Of a DNA stretch of 64,000 bases, positions 11,837 through 22,322 are shown one piece after another. The translations under genes were made by a program, and so were the position numbers. The stretch spans positions 96,001-160,000 of the forward strand of contig CAWJZV010000027.1 of NCBI GenBank assembly GCA_963847445.1, read 5' to 3'. The notes under the pieces are model-generated. The model saw only the letters and a program-made list of their open reading frames with translations, did no database searches and was not told where the DNA came from. This DNA comes from an uncultured delta proteobacterium. GTDB lineage: Bacteria > Desulfobacterota > Binatia > UBA9968. How positions within the stretch are numbered: position 1 is the first letter of the stretch; the number at the start of each line of letters is the position of its first letter.

Positions 11837-12718
11837 ATGGACAACCGCCGCTACGACTATTCGCCGATCATTCGCCGGCCCAAGATCGAATGGCCTAATC
11901 ATGGCCGTGTCGCTTTGTGGGTGGCGCCGAATATCGAATATTTTCATTACAACATGCCGATCCGCGGCACGGGCAGCAGTCATTGGCCCGACGTGCCGGG
12001 CTATAGCTTGCGCGATTACGGCGCGCGCGTCGGCGTCTATCGGATCATGGACGTGCTCGATAAGTTCAACATCCGCGCCAGCGTGCTGTTGAACGCCGAG
12101 GTCTGCGAGAAGCATCCGCCGATCATCGAAGAGGGCAATAAGCGCAACTGGGAATGGCTTGGCCACGGCCTGACCAACAGCGTCTCGATGCTCGACTATG
12201 CGCCGGAAGAGGAGCGGGCGATCATTCACAACGTCAAAGAGATGATCACCAAGGCCACCGGCAAAGCGCCAAAAGGTTGGCTTGGCCCCGGCCTGGGCGA
12301 AACTCACGACACGCCGGATCATCTGGCCGCCGAGGGGTTTGAATATGTCTGCGACTGGGGCAATGACGAACAGCCGACGGCGATGCGGGTGAAGAGCGGA
12401 CGCATGGTGGTCGTGCCCTACGAGCTGGGGGTCAACGACATCCGTGTCTTTCAGCGTGAGAATCACACGCCGGAGCAGTACTTCCGGATGGTCTGCGATC
12501 ACTTCGACACGCTCTACAAAGACAGCGTCTCGGGCGGCCGGGTGTTATGCTTGCCGCTCCACCCGTTCGTCATCGGCATGCCGTTCCGGATTAAATATTT
12601 GGAAATGGCGCTGGAGTATATGTGTTCGCACGATGGCGTGTGGCGCACGACCGGATGGGAGATCGCCGAGTGGTACTACAAGAACTACTATAAGGATCCG
12701 GGGCGGTTTGAGGGATGA
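11837..12718 (+). CDS. Polysaccharide deacetylase family protein (PuuE allantoinase-like)
   Basis: RPKIEWPN.GRVALWV, RDYGARVG, WEWLGHG, GWLGPG, LHPFVIG motifs. Confidence 0.85.
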   Translation: MDNRRYDYSPIIRRPKIEWPNHGRVALWVAPNIEYFHYNMPIRGTGSSHWPDVPGYSLRDYGARVGVYRIMDVLDKFNIRASVLLNAEVCEKHPPIIEEGNKRNWEWLGHGLTNSVSMLDYAPEEERAIIHNVKEMITKATGKAPKGWLGPGLGETHDTPDHLAAEGFEYVCDWGNDEQPTAMRVKSGRMVVVPYELGVNDIRVFQRENHTPEQYFRMVCDHFDTLYKDSVSGGRVLCLPLHPFVIGMPFRIKYLEMALEYMCSHDGVWRTTGWEIAEWYYKNYYKDPGRFEG

Positions 12719-12773
12719 GGAGAAACCGTAAGGGGTGAAGGGCAAGGGGTAAGGCGATCGGAGGAGCGAGTTC

Positions 12774-14219
12774 ATGGGCATTGGCGTAGAAAAGAAGTTT
12801 GTTTTCGATACTGTCGAGCGTAATGGCGGGGCGATCGCGCAGCTATGTGACAATATTTTTTATTTCGCTGAGCTGGGCATGCAGGAGTTCGAGACCTCCG
12901 GGTTGATGATGGAGCTGTTGGACAAGGCGGGCTTCGCCATCGAACGAAATCTTTCCGGCATGCCGACCGGTTTCGTCGCGACTTACGGTTCGGGTAAGCC
13001 GGTGATCGCTTTACATACCGAGTTCGACGCGACACCGGCCTGCTCGCAGCAGGCCGGCGTCATCGAGCCGGCGCCGATCGTCGATGGCGCGCCGGGACAC
13101 ACGGAAGGCCACAACGTCAATGGCGCGGTAATGATCGGCGCCGCGATCGCGATCAAGCAGGCGATGGATCGTTTCGGCCTCAAAGGCACGCTGAAAGTTT
13201 TCGGCGCCCCCGGCGAAGAGCAACTGGTGAGCCGGCCCTATTTCGTGCGCGATGGCTATTTCAAAGATGTCGACGTGGCATTGCACGATCATATCGGCAC
13301 CGGCTTCGGCACGGTTTACGGGCTGCGCCAGTATGCGCTTATTTCCGCCGAGTTTACTTTCAAGGGACAGTCCGCACATGCGGCGACTGCGCCGTGGAAC
13401 GCGAAAGACGCGCTCGATGCGGTGGTATTGATGGACATCGGTTGGGACAAACTGCGCGAGCACTTGGAGCCGACCCAGCGCAGCCACCGAGTGATCACCA
13501 ACGGCGGCGACCAGCCCAACGTGATTCCCAACAAGGCGGCGATCTGGTGGTTTTTCCGCGAAGCGACGGCGGAGAAAACCCGCGCGCTGTTCGAAAAGGC
13601 CAAGCGCATCGCCGAAGGCGCGGCGATCATGACCGACACGACTTATTCAGTCAACGTGCTGAGCGCCGTCTGGCCGACGCGGGCGAACCGGACTTTGGCC
13701 GAAGTTATTCAGGCCAACGTCGAGCAGATTGGCATGCCGCAATGGGCCGAAGGGGAGCAGAAGTTAGTCTGCGACTTGCAAGCCAAGATCAACAAGAAAG
13801 CCGCCGGCATGCCGACGCAAATCATGCCGCTGAAAGAATGCGTGCAGTCGGTCTCCGCCAATGACTCGGGTGAGGTATCCTGGGTCGTGCCGACTGGATT
13901 GATTACGTTTCCGTCGAACATTCCCGGCGTCTCCTATCATCACTGGTCCGCCGGCGTGTCGTTGGCGACGACCATCGCGCACAAGGGCGCGGTCGCCGGC
14001 GCCAAGGCGATGGCGGCGTCGGCGCTCGATCTGTTCATGGATACCAAACTGGTCGCTCAGGCGAAGCAGACTTTCAAAGCAGAGATCGGCGATACCGAGT
14101 ACCGTCCGCTGCTGCCGCCGGATCAAAAACCGCCGCTGGAATTGAACCGCGATTTGATGGAGCGCCATCGGCCGGCGATGCGCGCGCATTATCTCAAAGA
14201 GAAGCCGGTGTTTAGCTAA
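12774..14219 (+). CDS. M20 amidohydrolase (AbgB-like)
   Basis: ELGMQEFETS, GHTEGHN, PGEE, HAATAPW..KDALDA, GGDQPNV, HHW motifs. Confidence 0.85.
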   Translation: MGIGVEKKFVFDTVERNGGAIAQLCDNIFYFAELGMQEFETSGLMMELLDKAGFAIERNLSGMPTGFVATYGSGKPVIALHTEFDATPACSQQAGVIEPAPIVDGAPGHTEGHNVNGAVMIGAAIAIKQAMDRFGLKGTLKVFGAPGEEQLVSRPYFVRDGYFKDVDVALHDHIGTGFGTVYGLRQYALISAEFTFKGQSAHAATAPWNAKDALDAVVLMDIGWDKLREHLEPTQRSHRVITNGGDQPNVIPNKAAIWWFFREATAEKTRALFEKAKRIAEGAAIMTDTTYSVNVLSAVWPTRANRTLAEVIQANVEQIGMPQWAEGEQKLVCDLQAKINKKAAGMPTQIMPLKECVQSVSANDSGEVSWVVPTGLITFPSNIPGVSYHHWSAGVSLATTIAHKGAVAGAKAMAASALDLFMDTKLVAQAKQTFKAEIGDTEYRPLLPPDQKPPLELNRDLMERHRPAMRAHYLKEKPVFS

Positions 14220-14260
14220 CGGAATGTCTCACGCTGTTGGTAGTTTATCGGGGGAGTCAC

Positions 14261-14493
14261 TCACCACGAAGGTCACGAAGGGTTGGGATGACCAAATCTC
14301 CGAACTTCGTGCTCTTCGTGTCCTTATTCGAAAATACAGGGCATCGGTTTGTAGGATGTGGTGACCAAAGGGAACCGCATCGTTGGTAAGCCGCACTCCC
14401 TCGATGCGGTTCGCGGACTCACCACATCCTACGGCTTTCGCTATTTTGATTGTCCGTAGGTGTGCGTAAGCACATGAAACACTTCGTGGTGAA
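14261..14493. repeat. Nested palindromic repeats: a GTAG-type REP hairpin inside a CACGAAG/CTTCGTG repeat element
   Basis: Outer TCACCACGAAG (14261) and CTTCGTGGTGA (about 14482); inner GTAGGATGTGGTGA..GAACCGCATCG pairing with CGATGCGGTTC..TCACCACATCCTAC (14351-14432). Confidence 0.7.
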
Positions 14494-14687
14494 AAACTAT
14501 TTCCCATTGGGTTGTGTGGGAGCCGCGCTGGGATATCTGTGCGTTTGTGGCGAATCCTTCCGGTAGTTCGAGGCCAATGGTTAGATCGAAGAAGAAGTGC
14601 CTTCACTTAAGAGGCACTACACTGGATGTTTCTTGAATGAATAACGGATGGCCGTGCGTTCACCTTAGCCCGCGGAAATGTCATGTG

Positions 14688-14769
14688 TGTCATCCGGAGG
14701 CGATACCGAAGGATCTCGCTTTCGTAAGCGGCTGACAAGACGATATGCCTCGCTCGGCTCGGCATGACA
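14688..14769. repeat. TGTCAT...ATGACA palindromic repeat (degenerate)
   Basis: TGTCATCCGGAGG..GGATCTC...GGCATGACA; same family as 16438-16504. Confidence 0.55.
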
Positions 14770-14812
14770 ACATCTTTGCAACCGTCAATCATTGTCCCAC
14801 GCGATTGGCAGT

Positions 14813-15532
14813 CTACCGCTCACTCACTTCCGCCACCAAAGTCACCGTCGACTTGACGTCGACGGTTCCCTGCTCGATTGGTGTCGGCGCGGCGGCGGCC
14901 GCCATATCGGCTCTGGCCATGGGCGCCGCTCGGTAGACCGGTTGAAAGGAGCGTTCGCCCTCGGTCACCGAGGAGATTCTGACGATCTTTAGTCCCAGTG
15001 ACGCGGCGATGGCTTCGGCTTTGACTTTCGCTTTGGCGGCGGCTTGCTTGAGAGCGTCGAGACGGGCGCCTTCTTCGTCTTTTAACGTGAACGCCAGACG
15101 GTTGATGTTGTTGGCGCCGGCCTGCATGGCGGCGTCGATCAGCTTGCCGACTTCGTCGAGCTTGGCGGTCTTGATGCGCACGATGTTGTTCGCCGTGTAG
15201 CCGACGATTTCCGGTTTGCCGCCTTGGGGATAGCGGTATTGCGGCGTGAGCGAGTAGCCGCTGGTTTTCACTTCGTCCCCTTTGCCCAGTAGCTTTTTTA
15301 CTTCGCCGAGGACGCGGGAAATCCGCTCGGCATTTTCTCGCGACGCGTCCGGCGCGGTGCGCGCTTGGTTAGTGACGCCGATATCGATCTGCGCCTGGTC
15401 GGGTTCGGCGGCGATGGTGGCTTCGCCGTTGACCGCTATCGACGGCGGTCGGGGCCGTTCTGGGCCTTGCTGGGCCGAGGCGGCGGACGCTAAAGCTAGT
15501 AATACGATAGGGAAAATGGACAGTGGCTTCAT
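14813..15532 (-). CDS. SIMPL (DUF541) domain periplasmic protein
   Basis: Signal peptide; IAVNGEATIAAEPD, GYTANN, AGANNI, PIEQG motifs. Confidence 0.9.
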   Translation of the reverse strand: MKPLSIFPIVLLALASAASAQQGPERPRPPSIAVNGEATIAAEPDQAQIDIGVTNQARTAPDASRENAERISRVLGEVKKLLGKGDEVKTSGYSLTPQYRYPQGGKPEIVGYTANNIVRIKTAKLDEVGKLIDAAMQAGANNINRLAFTLKDEEGARLDALKQAAAKAKVKAEAIAASLGLKIVRISSVTEGERSFQPVYRAAPMARADMAAAAAPTPIEQGTVDVKSTVTLVAEVSER

Positions 15533-15641
15533 GTGCGATCCTTTCGCCGTGGGCGATGATTAGACTCCTACCGCAATAGCATCCTGGCCGCTATCTTTGA
15601 CGCGCGACTGCGATATGGTCAAAAAATTAGACGAGGCGGCG

Positions 15642-16424
15642 ATGAAATCGTTCATTGGAATTTTCTTACTTTTACTCTTTACCGGCTGCACTACCCAACG
15701 AGACGAGCTCATTTGGCGGGTAAAGGACGTCGTCCTGTCGCCCTTTTCTGAGATCATATTGGAAGGGCCGGACGGTGAGCTTGTCCTGACTGTGCCGACT
15801 CGGACGATTCAGGAAATGTTTTTAGCGCATACGCGCATCAGCCGGACGGCCAACGTGCAGAGCGAACTCTATATCGCCGCCGGCGATGAGCCGAACGCGT
15901 TCGCAGGTCCGGATGCGACCGGGCGCAACATCATCGGTATCAACGTCGGCATGATCAAGTTGGTCGGCGCCGATGCCAGCGTGTACGCGGCGTTGATCGG
16001 CCACGAAGCGGCGCATTTGGCCAAGGGTCATGGAACATCGGGACGGCAGCGTGCCAATACCCTTGACCTGCTCGGCACGGTAGTCGGCGCGGGTCTAGGC
16101 ATGGCCGGTGTGCCGGGCGGCGGCTTAGTCAGCCGACTTGCCGCCGATGTCATCGATTCGGTGTACAGCCGCGATCAGGAACGCGAGGCCGATGCTCTGG
16201 GCGTCGACTATATGCTCGCCAATCAATACGATCCCCAGGGCGCGATCCGTTTGCATGAGTTGCTGGTCAAATCCAGCAACGGCTTTCGCATACCGTTTCT
16301 TTCCAGCCATCCAAGCAGCGACGAGCGGATTGCGAATTTGCGTGGCTTAATTGCAGCGAAAAAGCCAAGAGCCGAGTCGTCACCGTCGATTCCCTCCCTC
16401 GATGGTGCCGCTGCCAAACAATAG
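15642..16424 (+). CDS. M48 family metallopeptidase lipoprotein
   Basis: Lipobox LFTGC, PNAFA, GHEAAH, YSRDQEREAD, SSHPSSDERI. Confidence 0.9.
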   Translation: MKSFIGIFLLLLFTGCTTQRDELIWRVKDVVLSPFSEIILEGPDGELVLTVPTRTIQEMFLAHTRISRTANVQSELYIAAGDEPNAFAGPDATGRNIIGINVGMIKLVGADASVYAALIGHEAAHLAKGHGTSGRQRANTLDLLGTVVGAGLGMAGVPGGGLVSRLAADVIDSVYSRDQEREADALGVDYMLANQYDPQGAIRLHELLVKSSNGFRIPFLSSHPSSDERIANLRGLIAAKKPRAESSPSIPSLDGAAAKQ

Positions 16425-16437
16425 CGCCGCAACGTTC

Positions 16438-16504
16438 TGTCATTCCGAGCGCGAGCGAGGAATCTCGTCTCAACGCGAGATCTCTCACGTCGTTCGAGAT
16501 GACA
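16438..16504. repeat. TGTCATTCCGAGC...GAGATGACA REP-like palindrome
   Basis: TGTCATTCCGAGCGCGAGCGAGGAATCTCG...CGAGATCTCTC..TCGAGATGACA imperfect hairpin. Confidence 0.65.
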
Positions 16505-16602
16505 TTCCATCGGATCTTTGATTGACCACAAAAGAATAATTGTCGCGCTTCCCGCCGCCGGCCGAATTGCTAGTGCGGCGCTTTTCCTGCTAAACCGATG
16601 CT

Positions 16603-17935
16603 GTGGAATCCACTGCTGAGTTAGCCCGCAACACCTCCAAGCCTAAAATATTCTACGGTTGGTACATCGTTACCGTCGGCTTTCTCGCCAACGTGGCATC
16701 GTCCTTCGCGCTGGCGAGCACGATGAGTATCTTCTTGAAGCCGCTTACCGCTGATTTGGGAATATCCCGTGGAGTTTTTTCATTACTGCGCTCCGGCGAA
16801 GGTATCATTGCCGCATGCATCGCGCCGCTGAGTCGGCACCTTGGTCGACCGTTACGGCGGGCGCTGGTTGATGGTGATCGGCACCGGCATCGTCGCGGTG
16901 GGTTATTTTCTCTTGAGTCATATCGATACCTTTGCTCAATTCGCGGCGATCCGCTTGACGCTGGTGACCCTGGGCGATTCGATGATGGGCTACATGGTGG
17001 TCAACGTCATCATCGCCCAGTGGTTCGTGCGCCGGCGCGGCCGGGCGCTGGCGATCTCGAGCATGGGCGTGGGTTTCGCCAAAGTCTGCATGCCGGTGGT
17101 GGCGGCTTCGCTGATTCTCTGGCTCGGCTGGCGCCAGACCTGGTTCGTTTTCGGCTTGATGACGTTGGGGCTGTTGGTGCTGCCGGCGCTGTTGATCATC
17201 CGGCGCTCGCCGGAGGCGATGGGATTGCTGCCAGACGGCGCGACGGCACCAGTGGCCGGCGCTGACGCGAGCGCGCATCAGTCCGCGGCGCGCATGGCTG
17301 AGACCGGGGCGCAGGACGCGACCTGGACGCGTGCCGAAGCGGCGCGGACGACGGCGTTCTGGCTCCTGGTGATTACCTTTGGCATATCCAGTATCGGTGT
17401 GACTGGCCTCAATCTGCATGTTTATTCCTACGTCACTGACACCGGCTACTCGGCCGTGGTCGCGGCCACGGTGATGAGCATCATCGCGTCGATGCAGCTG
17501 GCTTCACCTTTGGGCTGGGGACTTCTCGCCGAGAGAATCGGCGTGCGCTATGCCGCGACCTTGCGCTTTGTCATCCAGGGCTGCGGATTGGCGCTGGCGA
17601 TACTGACCGGTAATCTGCTCTGCCTCTATGCCGGTTTTTTACTCTACGGCATCGGTCTGGGCGGCAACATGGTGTTGCCGGACATGCTCTGGGCCGATTA
17701 TTTCGGGCGCCAGTCCCTCGGTAAGATTCGCGGTTTAGGTTTGCTGATCTCGCATTTTCTCGCCGCCATCGGCCCGCCGTTTTTCGGCTTTCTCTTCGAT
17801 ATCACCGGCGGCTACGGGCTGTCGTTTGCGATCTTTGGCGCCGTGCTGGCGACTTCGGCGCTGCTCAGTCTCATGTTGAAGCCGCCCGGCAGACTCATTG
17901 AACAATGGAGTATTGGAGTAGTGGAGTGTTGGTAG
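16603..17935 (+). CDS. MFS transporter (frameshift near 16830)
   Basis: KIFYGWYIV start, G.LVDRYGGR motif A, WFVRRRGRA, about 12 TM segments. Confidence 0.88.
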
Positions 17936-18073
17936 TCTAGGAGTTCGGAATTTGCGCAGTGGTGGAACTCGAGCGGCATCTGGACCAGTATTCGATCGTT
18001 TGATACTCCAGCCTTTGCTCCTTTGCGCGCTTCTCTGTTAGGTAGATGGACAAATCACTCAGGAGGATCCTTC

Positions 18074-19069
18074 ATGGTTATCGATATTCACAATCACATC
18101 GTCGCCGGCGAGCAGCTGCAAACCTTCCAGGCCGGCTTGATCAACAGCGCGGGGTTTCACAAGCCGCGCGGTGTGGTTGTTACCGAGAAAGATATTCAAG
18201 CAGCTAAGTGGCATGGCCACCGCCATTCCGAAGTGCTCAGCGAGGTCGGCACGGACTTCGCTTTCATCTCGCCGCGACCCTACACGATGATGCACTCGGC
18301 GAAACCGGAAAAGATCGTTCACTGGTACTGCCAGGCGGTCAACGACGCGCTGGCGCTGCAAGTGAAAATGGAGCCCGATAAGTTTCGCGCCATTGGCGGC
18401 CTGCCGCAGAACGCCGGCGTGGCGGTGACCAACAGCTTTGACGAAATCGACCGCTGCATCAACGATCTCGGCTTCGTCGGCATCATGATCAACCCCGATC
18501 CCGGCGAGGGCGACGGCATGACGCCGGCGATGGGACAGGAGTATTGGTATCCGCTTTACGAAAAGATGGTCAAGATGGATATCCCCGGACTGGTGCATGG
18601 CGCGAGCTGCAAGAACCCGCGCGAGTCGTTCCACGGCCACTTTATTACCGAGGAGAGCATCGCGATTCTTTCGTTGGTCGATTCCAATGTGTTCAAGGAT
18701 TTTCCCAAACTCAAGCTGATCATTTCCCACGGCGGCGGCTCGGTGCCCTATCAAGTCGGCCGCTGGCGTTCGCAGTTGCGCGGTCCCAATGATACCGAGA
18801 CGTTCGATCAGCGTTTGAAGCAGCTCTATTTCGACACGGCGCTGTACAACATCGAGTCACTGAAGCTCTTGTTCCGTATCTGCGGACCGGAGCGCTGTCT
18901 GTTCGGCACCGAACGCCCGGGGGCCGGCTCGAAGACCGATCCGCGCACCGGCAAATGGTATGATGATGTGAAGCCGAACATCGACAGCATTCCCTGGCTC
19001 ACGGCTGACGACAAGGCGAAGATCTTCGACCAGAACGCGCTGCAAGTGTTCAGCCGGTTCAAGAAATAA
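18074..19069 (+). CDS. Amidohydrolase_2 family protein, LigJ (4-oxalmesaconate hydratase)-like
   Basis: IDIHNH, SPRP, LPQ, NPDP, HGGGSVPY..GR, LFGTE.PG...DPRTGKWYDD; SD AGGAGG. Confidence 0.75.
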   Translation: MVIDIHNHIVAGEQLQTFQAGLINSAGFHKPRGVVVTEKDIQAAKWHGHRHSEVLSEVGTDFAFISPRPYTMMHSAKPEKIVHWYCQAVNDALALQVKMEPDKFRAIGGLPQNAGVAVTNSFDEIDRCINDLGFVGIMINPDPGEGDGMTPAMGQEYWYPLYEKMVKMDIPGLVHGASCKNPRESFHGHFITEESIAILSLVDSNVFKDFPKLKLIISHGGGSVPYQVGRWRSQLRGPNDTETFDQRLKQLYFDTALYNIESLKLLFRICGPERCLFGTERPGAGSKTDPRTGKWYDDVKPNIDSIPWLTADDKAKIFDQNALQVFSRFKK

Positions 19070-19074
19070 AACCC

Positions 19075-19149
19075 GGAGTTTTGGAGTGATGGAGTAGTGG
19101 AGTATTGACGGCCGGTCGACCCATCACTCCAGTACTCCACCACTCCAGT
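19075..19149. repeat. Inverted octamer repeat element (TGGAGTAG / TACTCCA)
   Basis: GGAGTTTTGGAGTGATGGAGTAGTGGAGTATTG followed by CATCACTCCAGTACTCCACCACTCCA; a related copy lies at 17907-18010. Confidence 0.7.
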
Positions 19150-19156
19150 CTTGCGC

Positions 19157-20416
19157 ATGTCTTCCGACACCGTCATCCTTGATCTCCACGCGCTGTCTCC
19201 CGACCGGCAGGTCGACGAACTTAAGCGCCAATACATCTCGCTGCGCGGTAAGCACTCCCTCGTTCGCGCCCGCGTCGGCGCGCTGCCGGTACGCCAGTAT
19301 GTCTCGATGCTCGAACGCGGTTACCGGGTTGCGCTTGAGCGTGACAGGGAAGGTTATTTACTAAAGCTTTGGCCGGACGGTTCGACGGCGCGCTCCGGTT
19401 TGCGCGGGGCGCATTCCATCGCTTGTCATTCCGATGGTCGTGTTTATACCAACACGACGGATAATCGCGTCGCCGTGATCGACGGCGGGACACGCACAGT
19501 CGTTAAACATATCGCCGTCGGCGACGAACCGTCGCACTTGGAGTTGGCGCACGATGGTAAGCGGCTTTATGTCGCCAACAGCGGCTCCAACGATGTGACG
19601 ATCGTCGACACCACCAACGATGGAGTGCTCATGACCGCGCCGACGGGCAAGCGACCGTTACTGCCGTGCGTCGCGGCAAATGGCGAGGCGGTTTACCTGC
19701 CGAGCGGGCCGGATCGGAACGTCACGGTGCTCGGCGGCGATGGTGAGTTTAAGAAAACCATCCCGGTCGGGTTGGCGCCGCACGATGTGGCGGTGTCGCC
19801 GGACAGCCGTTGGGCCTATCAACCCAACTCCGCTTCCCACACCGTGACCGTGATCGACGGCAAAAACTATGCAGTCGTTGGCGAAGTGAGAGTCGGCTTG
19901 GGACCTGGCCATATCGCGTTCGATCCCGAAAGCCGCTTTGCCTACGTCGCCAATACGCTTTCCGACGATGTATCAGTGGTGCGCACCGGCGATCATGAAG
20001 TTGTCGCGACGATTCCCGCCGGCGCCGGCGCGCACTTGCCGGCGCTGAGTTCGGATGGCCGATATGGTTACGTCGCGAACTTCGCCGCCGATAGTTTGAC
20101 CGTGTGGAATTGCCGGACTCATGGGGTTATCGCAACTATTCCCGTCGGCATCTATCCGCACTTCTTCGCTCTGAGCCCAGATGGCAAGTGGCTGATAGTT
20201 TCCAACACCGGCGAATCGAGCATCTGCGTGATTGACGCCCGCGACTACGAAGCACGAGTACGACTCCCGGTGGGCGGCGCGCCGGCGCATATAGCGTTCA
20301 GTCCGGACGGCGAATTGGCGTTCGTCGGCTGTGAAAGCTCGGATGAAGTGGCGGTGGTGGATCTCGGGCGAGTCAATATCCTCGATCTGGTTCGCGCTGG
20401 CGCGATCGGTGCATGA
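19157..20416 (+). CDS. YVTN/YncE-type beta-propeller with small N-terminal domain
   Basis: Eight G-x-x-P...YVAN.....VxVID type repeats; about 75-aa N-terminal domain starting ILDLHALSP; no signal peptide. Confidence 0.85.
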   Translation: MSSDTVILDLHALSPDRQVDELKRQYISLRGKHSLVRARVGALPVRQYVSMLERGYRVALERDREGYLLKLWPDGSTARSGLRGAHSIACHSDGRVYTNTTDNRVAVIDGGTRTVVKHIAVGDEPSHLELAHDGKRLYVANSGSNDVTIVDTTNDGVLMTAPTGKRPLLPCVAANGEAVYLPSGPDRNVTVLGGDGEFKKTIPVGLAPHDVAVSPDSRWAYQPNSASHTVTVIDGKNYAVVGEVRVGLGPGHIAFDPESRFAYVANTLSDDVSVVRTGDHEVVATIPAGAGAHLPALSSDGRYGYVANFAADSLTVWNCRTHGVIATIPVGIYPHFFALSPDGKWLIVSNTGESSICVIDARDYEARVRLPVGGAPAHIAFSPDGELAFVGCESSDEVAVVDLGRVNILDLVRAGAIGA

Positions 20417-20429
20417 CGCGGTGATTGCC

Positions 20430-20723
20430 AACTAAGGACTCAACTCCGGCGTGCAGGTACGGCTTGGTCATGCACGGGAGAATTTCCTATCGACCCTCAG
20501 TGCTCGCGGCAGGCAAAAAGAAGTTCCCGCGCTGATTTACGTGACGCACCACATCGAGGAAATCTTACCGATGTTTAAGCAGACACTAGTTCTGCGTCAT
20601 GGCCAAGTGCTCCATGCCGGGAAGACTCAAGATGTTCTCAAGCCACGGGTATTGCAGGAGCTCTATAGTGCGCCTCTGTCGCTACGCAAAGGCGGTGGAC
20701 GTTTCTGGCCGGTTGGGCGTTAA
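20430..20723 (+). pseudogene. 3' remnant of an ABC transporter ATPase
   Basis: ARENFL...LIYVTHHIEEI (H-loop), LVLRHGQV; no Walker A or signature motif upstream. Confidence 0.7.
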
Positions 20724-20832
20724 ATAAATTCCGTTCATGGGTTCAAGGTTCAAAAGTTCAAAGGTTTCGGATGGCGTGAGCGCTTACCGGTGTTGACGCA
20801 TTCGACCAGCCGCGCAGGTGTCTAGACTACTG

Positions 20833-22308
20833 ATGGATGCAACAACCAACAAACCGGCATCGCCGTCACGCAACCGCTGGTGGTCGTTATCCGTGGCCTC
20901 GATCGCGACGCTGATCGTCACCGCCGACACCGGGCAGTTGAGCATCGCGCTGCCGCTGATCATCACTGAGTTCGGCGCCGACCTGACATTAGCGAGCTGG
21001 ATCGCGCTCGTCTACGCATTGATCACCGCGTCGCTTTATTTGCCCTGCGGCCGCATGGCGGATCTGCTCGGCATCGGCAATCTGTTTCTCGCCGGGTTTA
21101 TTTTGTATGCCGTGAGTTCCATCGCGGCGGGCTCGTCGCAGAGCGCCGTGCAGTTGGTGATCTTTCGCGCCCTGCAGGCGGCCGGCAGCGCGCTGATCAT
21201 GGCGAACAATTTTGCCTTGGTGACGGCGTTGTTTCCGCCCGAAGAGCGCGGCCGGGCGATGGGCATCGCCGGCGGCGCGATCTCGGCGATCGGTTACACC
21301 ATGGGTCCGGTGATCGGCGGTCTGCTGACTCATGGCTTGGGCTGGCGCTCGAATTTTTTTGTTTCTTCTGTTCTCGCCGTTGGCGGTTTCGCTGCCGCGC
21401 GGGTCCTATTGCCGCCGGAAAGTTTCAAACCCTCAGTTGCCAAAGGGGCGAAAAAAGAGCCTTTCGATTTGATCGGCGCGCTGTCCTTCGCCTGCTGCAT
21501 TTCGCTGATACTATTCGGACTCGCCACGGCGCAGAAGGGCGGTTGGCAATCGCCGCTGGTGGTGGTTTCTTTGATCGCCGGCTTTGCGCTGCTGTTTTTC
21601 TTCATCCATTGGGAGCGGCGCGCGGGCGCACCCCTCCTCGATCTGGCGCTGTTTCGCATCCCCGCTTTTACCGTTGGCAACATGGCGCGCTGGATCAGTT
21701 TTATCACCATGAGCGTGAGCATCTTGCTGATGCCCTTTTACTTGCAGTTCGCGCTCGGTCTGGACCCGCTGCGCGCCGGATTCCTGGTCGCGCCGACACC
21801 CCTGGCGATGGCGCTTTTGGCGCCGCTGACCGGTTGGATGTCGGAACGGTTTGCCGCCGAACGGCTGTGCGCCGCGGGATTGGCGGTGAGCGGCTGCGCA
21901 TTTGTGCTCATGAGTCTGCTGTCGCCGATGTCCACGTCCGTGCAGATCGTTGTTTGCCTCGGACTGGTCGGCATCGGCATGGGACTTTTTCAAACGCCGA
22001 ACAACAATCTGCTGATGACCGCCGTGCCGCGCCACCGTCTCGGTGTCGGTTCGGCGTTTCTGTCGATCGTGCGCAGCTTGGGGTACTCCATCGGTACGGC
22101 GCTGGCGACGACGATTGTCGGCGCGCAATTGACGGCGACCGGGGCATCGTCGTTGCAGTCGTTTGCCAAGCAGGTGGGGACGGCCGGCAGTGGTGTCGGA
22201 TTAGCTGCTTTTATGCGCGGCTTTTATTTCGCGTGTTTGACGGCGGCCGTGCTGTGTTTTCTCGGCGCGCTAATCAGCTCGGTGCGGGTGTCGCGGGAAG
22301 CGCGCTAA
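20833..22308 (+). CDS. MFS transporter, DHA2 (14-TM) family
   Basis: GRMADLLG, FRALQAAG, FPPEERGRAMG, GPVIGG, PLLDLALF, GLFQTPNN. Confidence 0.9.
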   Translation: MDATTNKPASPSRNRWWSLSVASIATLIVTADTGQLSIALPLIITEFGADLTLASWIALVYALITASLYLPCGRMADLLGIGNLFLAGFILYAVSSIAAGSSQSAVQLVIFRALQAAGSALIMANNFALVTALFPPEERGRAMGIAGGAISAIGYTMGPVIGGLLTHGLGWRSNFFVSSVLAVGGFAAARVLLPPESFKPSVAKGAKKEPFDLIGALSFACCISLILFGLATAQKGGWQSPLVVVSLIAGFALLFFFIHWERRAGAPLLDLALFRIPAFTVGNMARWISFITMSVSILLMPFYLQFALGLDPLRAGFLVAPTPLAMALLAPLTGWMSERFAAERLCAAGLAVSGCAFVLMSLLSPMSTSVQIVVCLGLVGIGMGLFQTPNNNLLMTAVPRHRLGVGSAFLSIVRSLGYSIGTALATTIVGAQLTATGASSLQSFAKQVGTAGSGVGLAAFMRGFYFACLTAAVLCFLGALISSVRVSREAR

Positions 22309-22322
22309 AGGGTCGCCCGCGG

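Noticed and set aside
15642-16424. M48 peptidase as the processing enzyme for the microproteins
   Set aside because: It is 4 kb away, separated by unrelated genes, and has host-like composition; no evidence of linkage.
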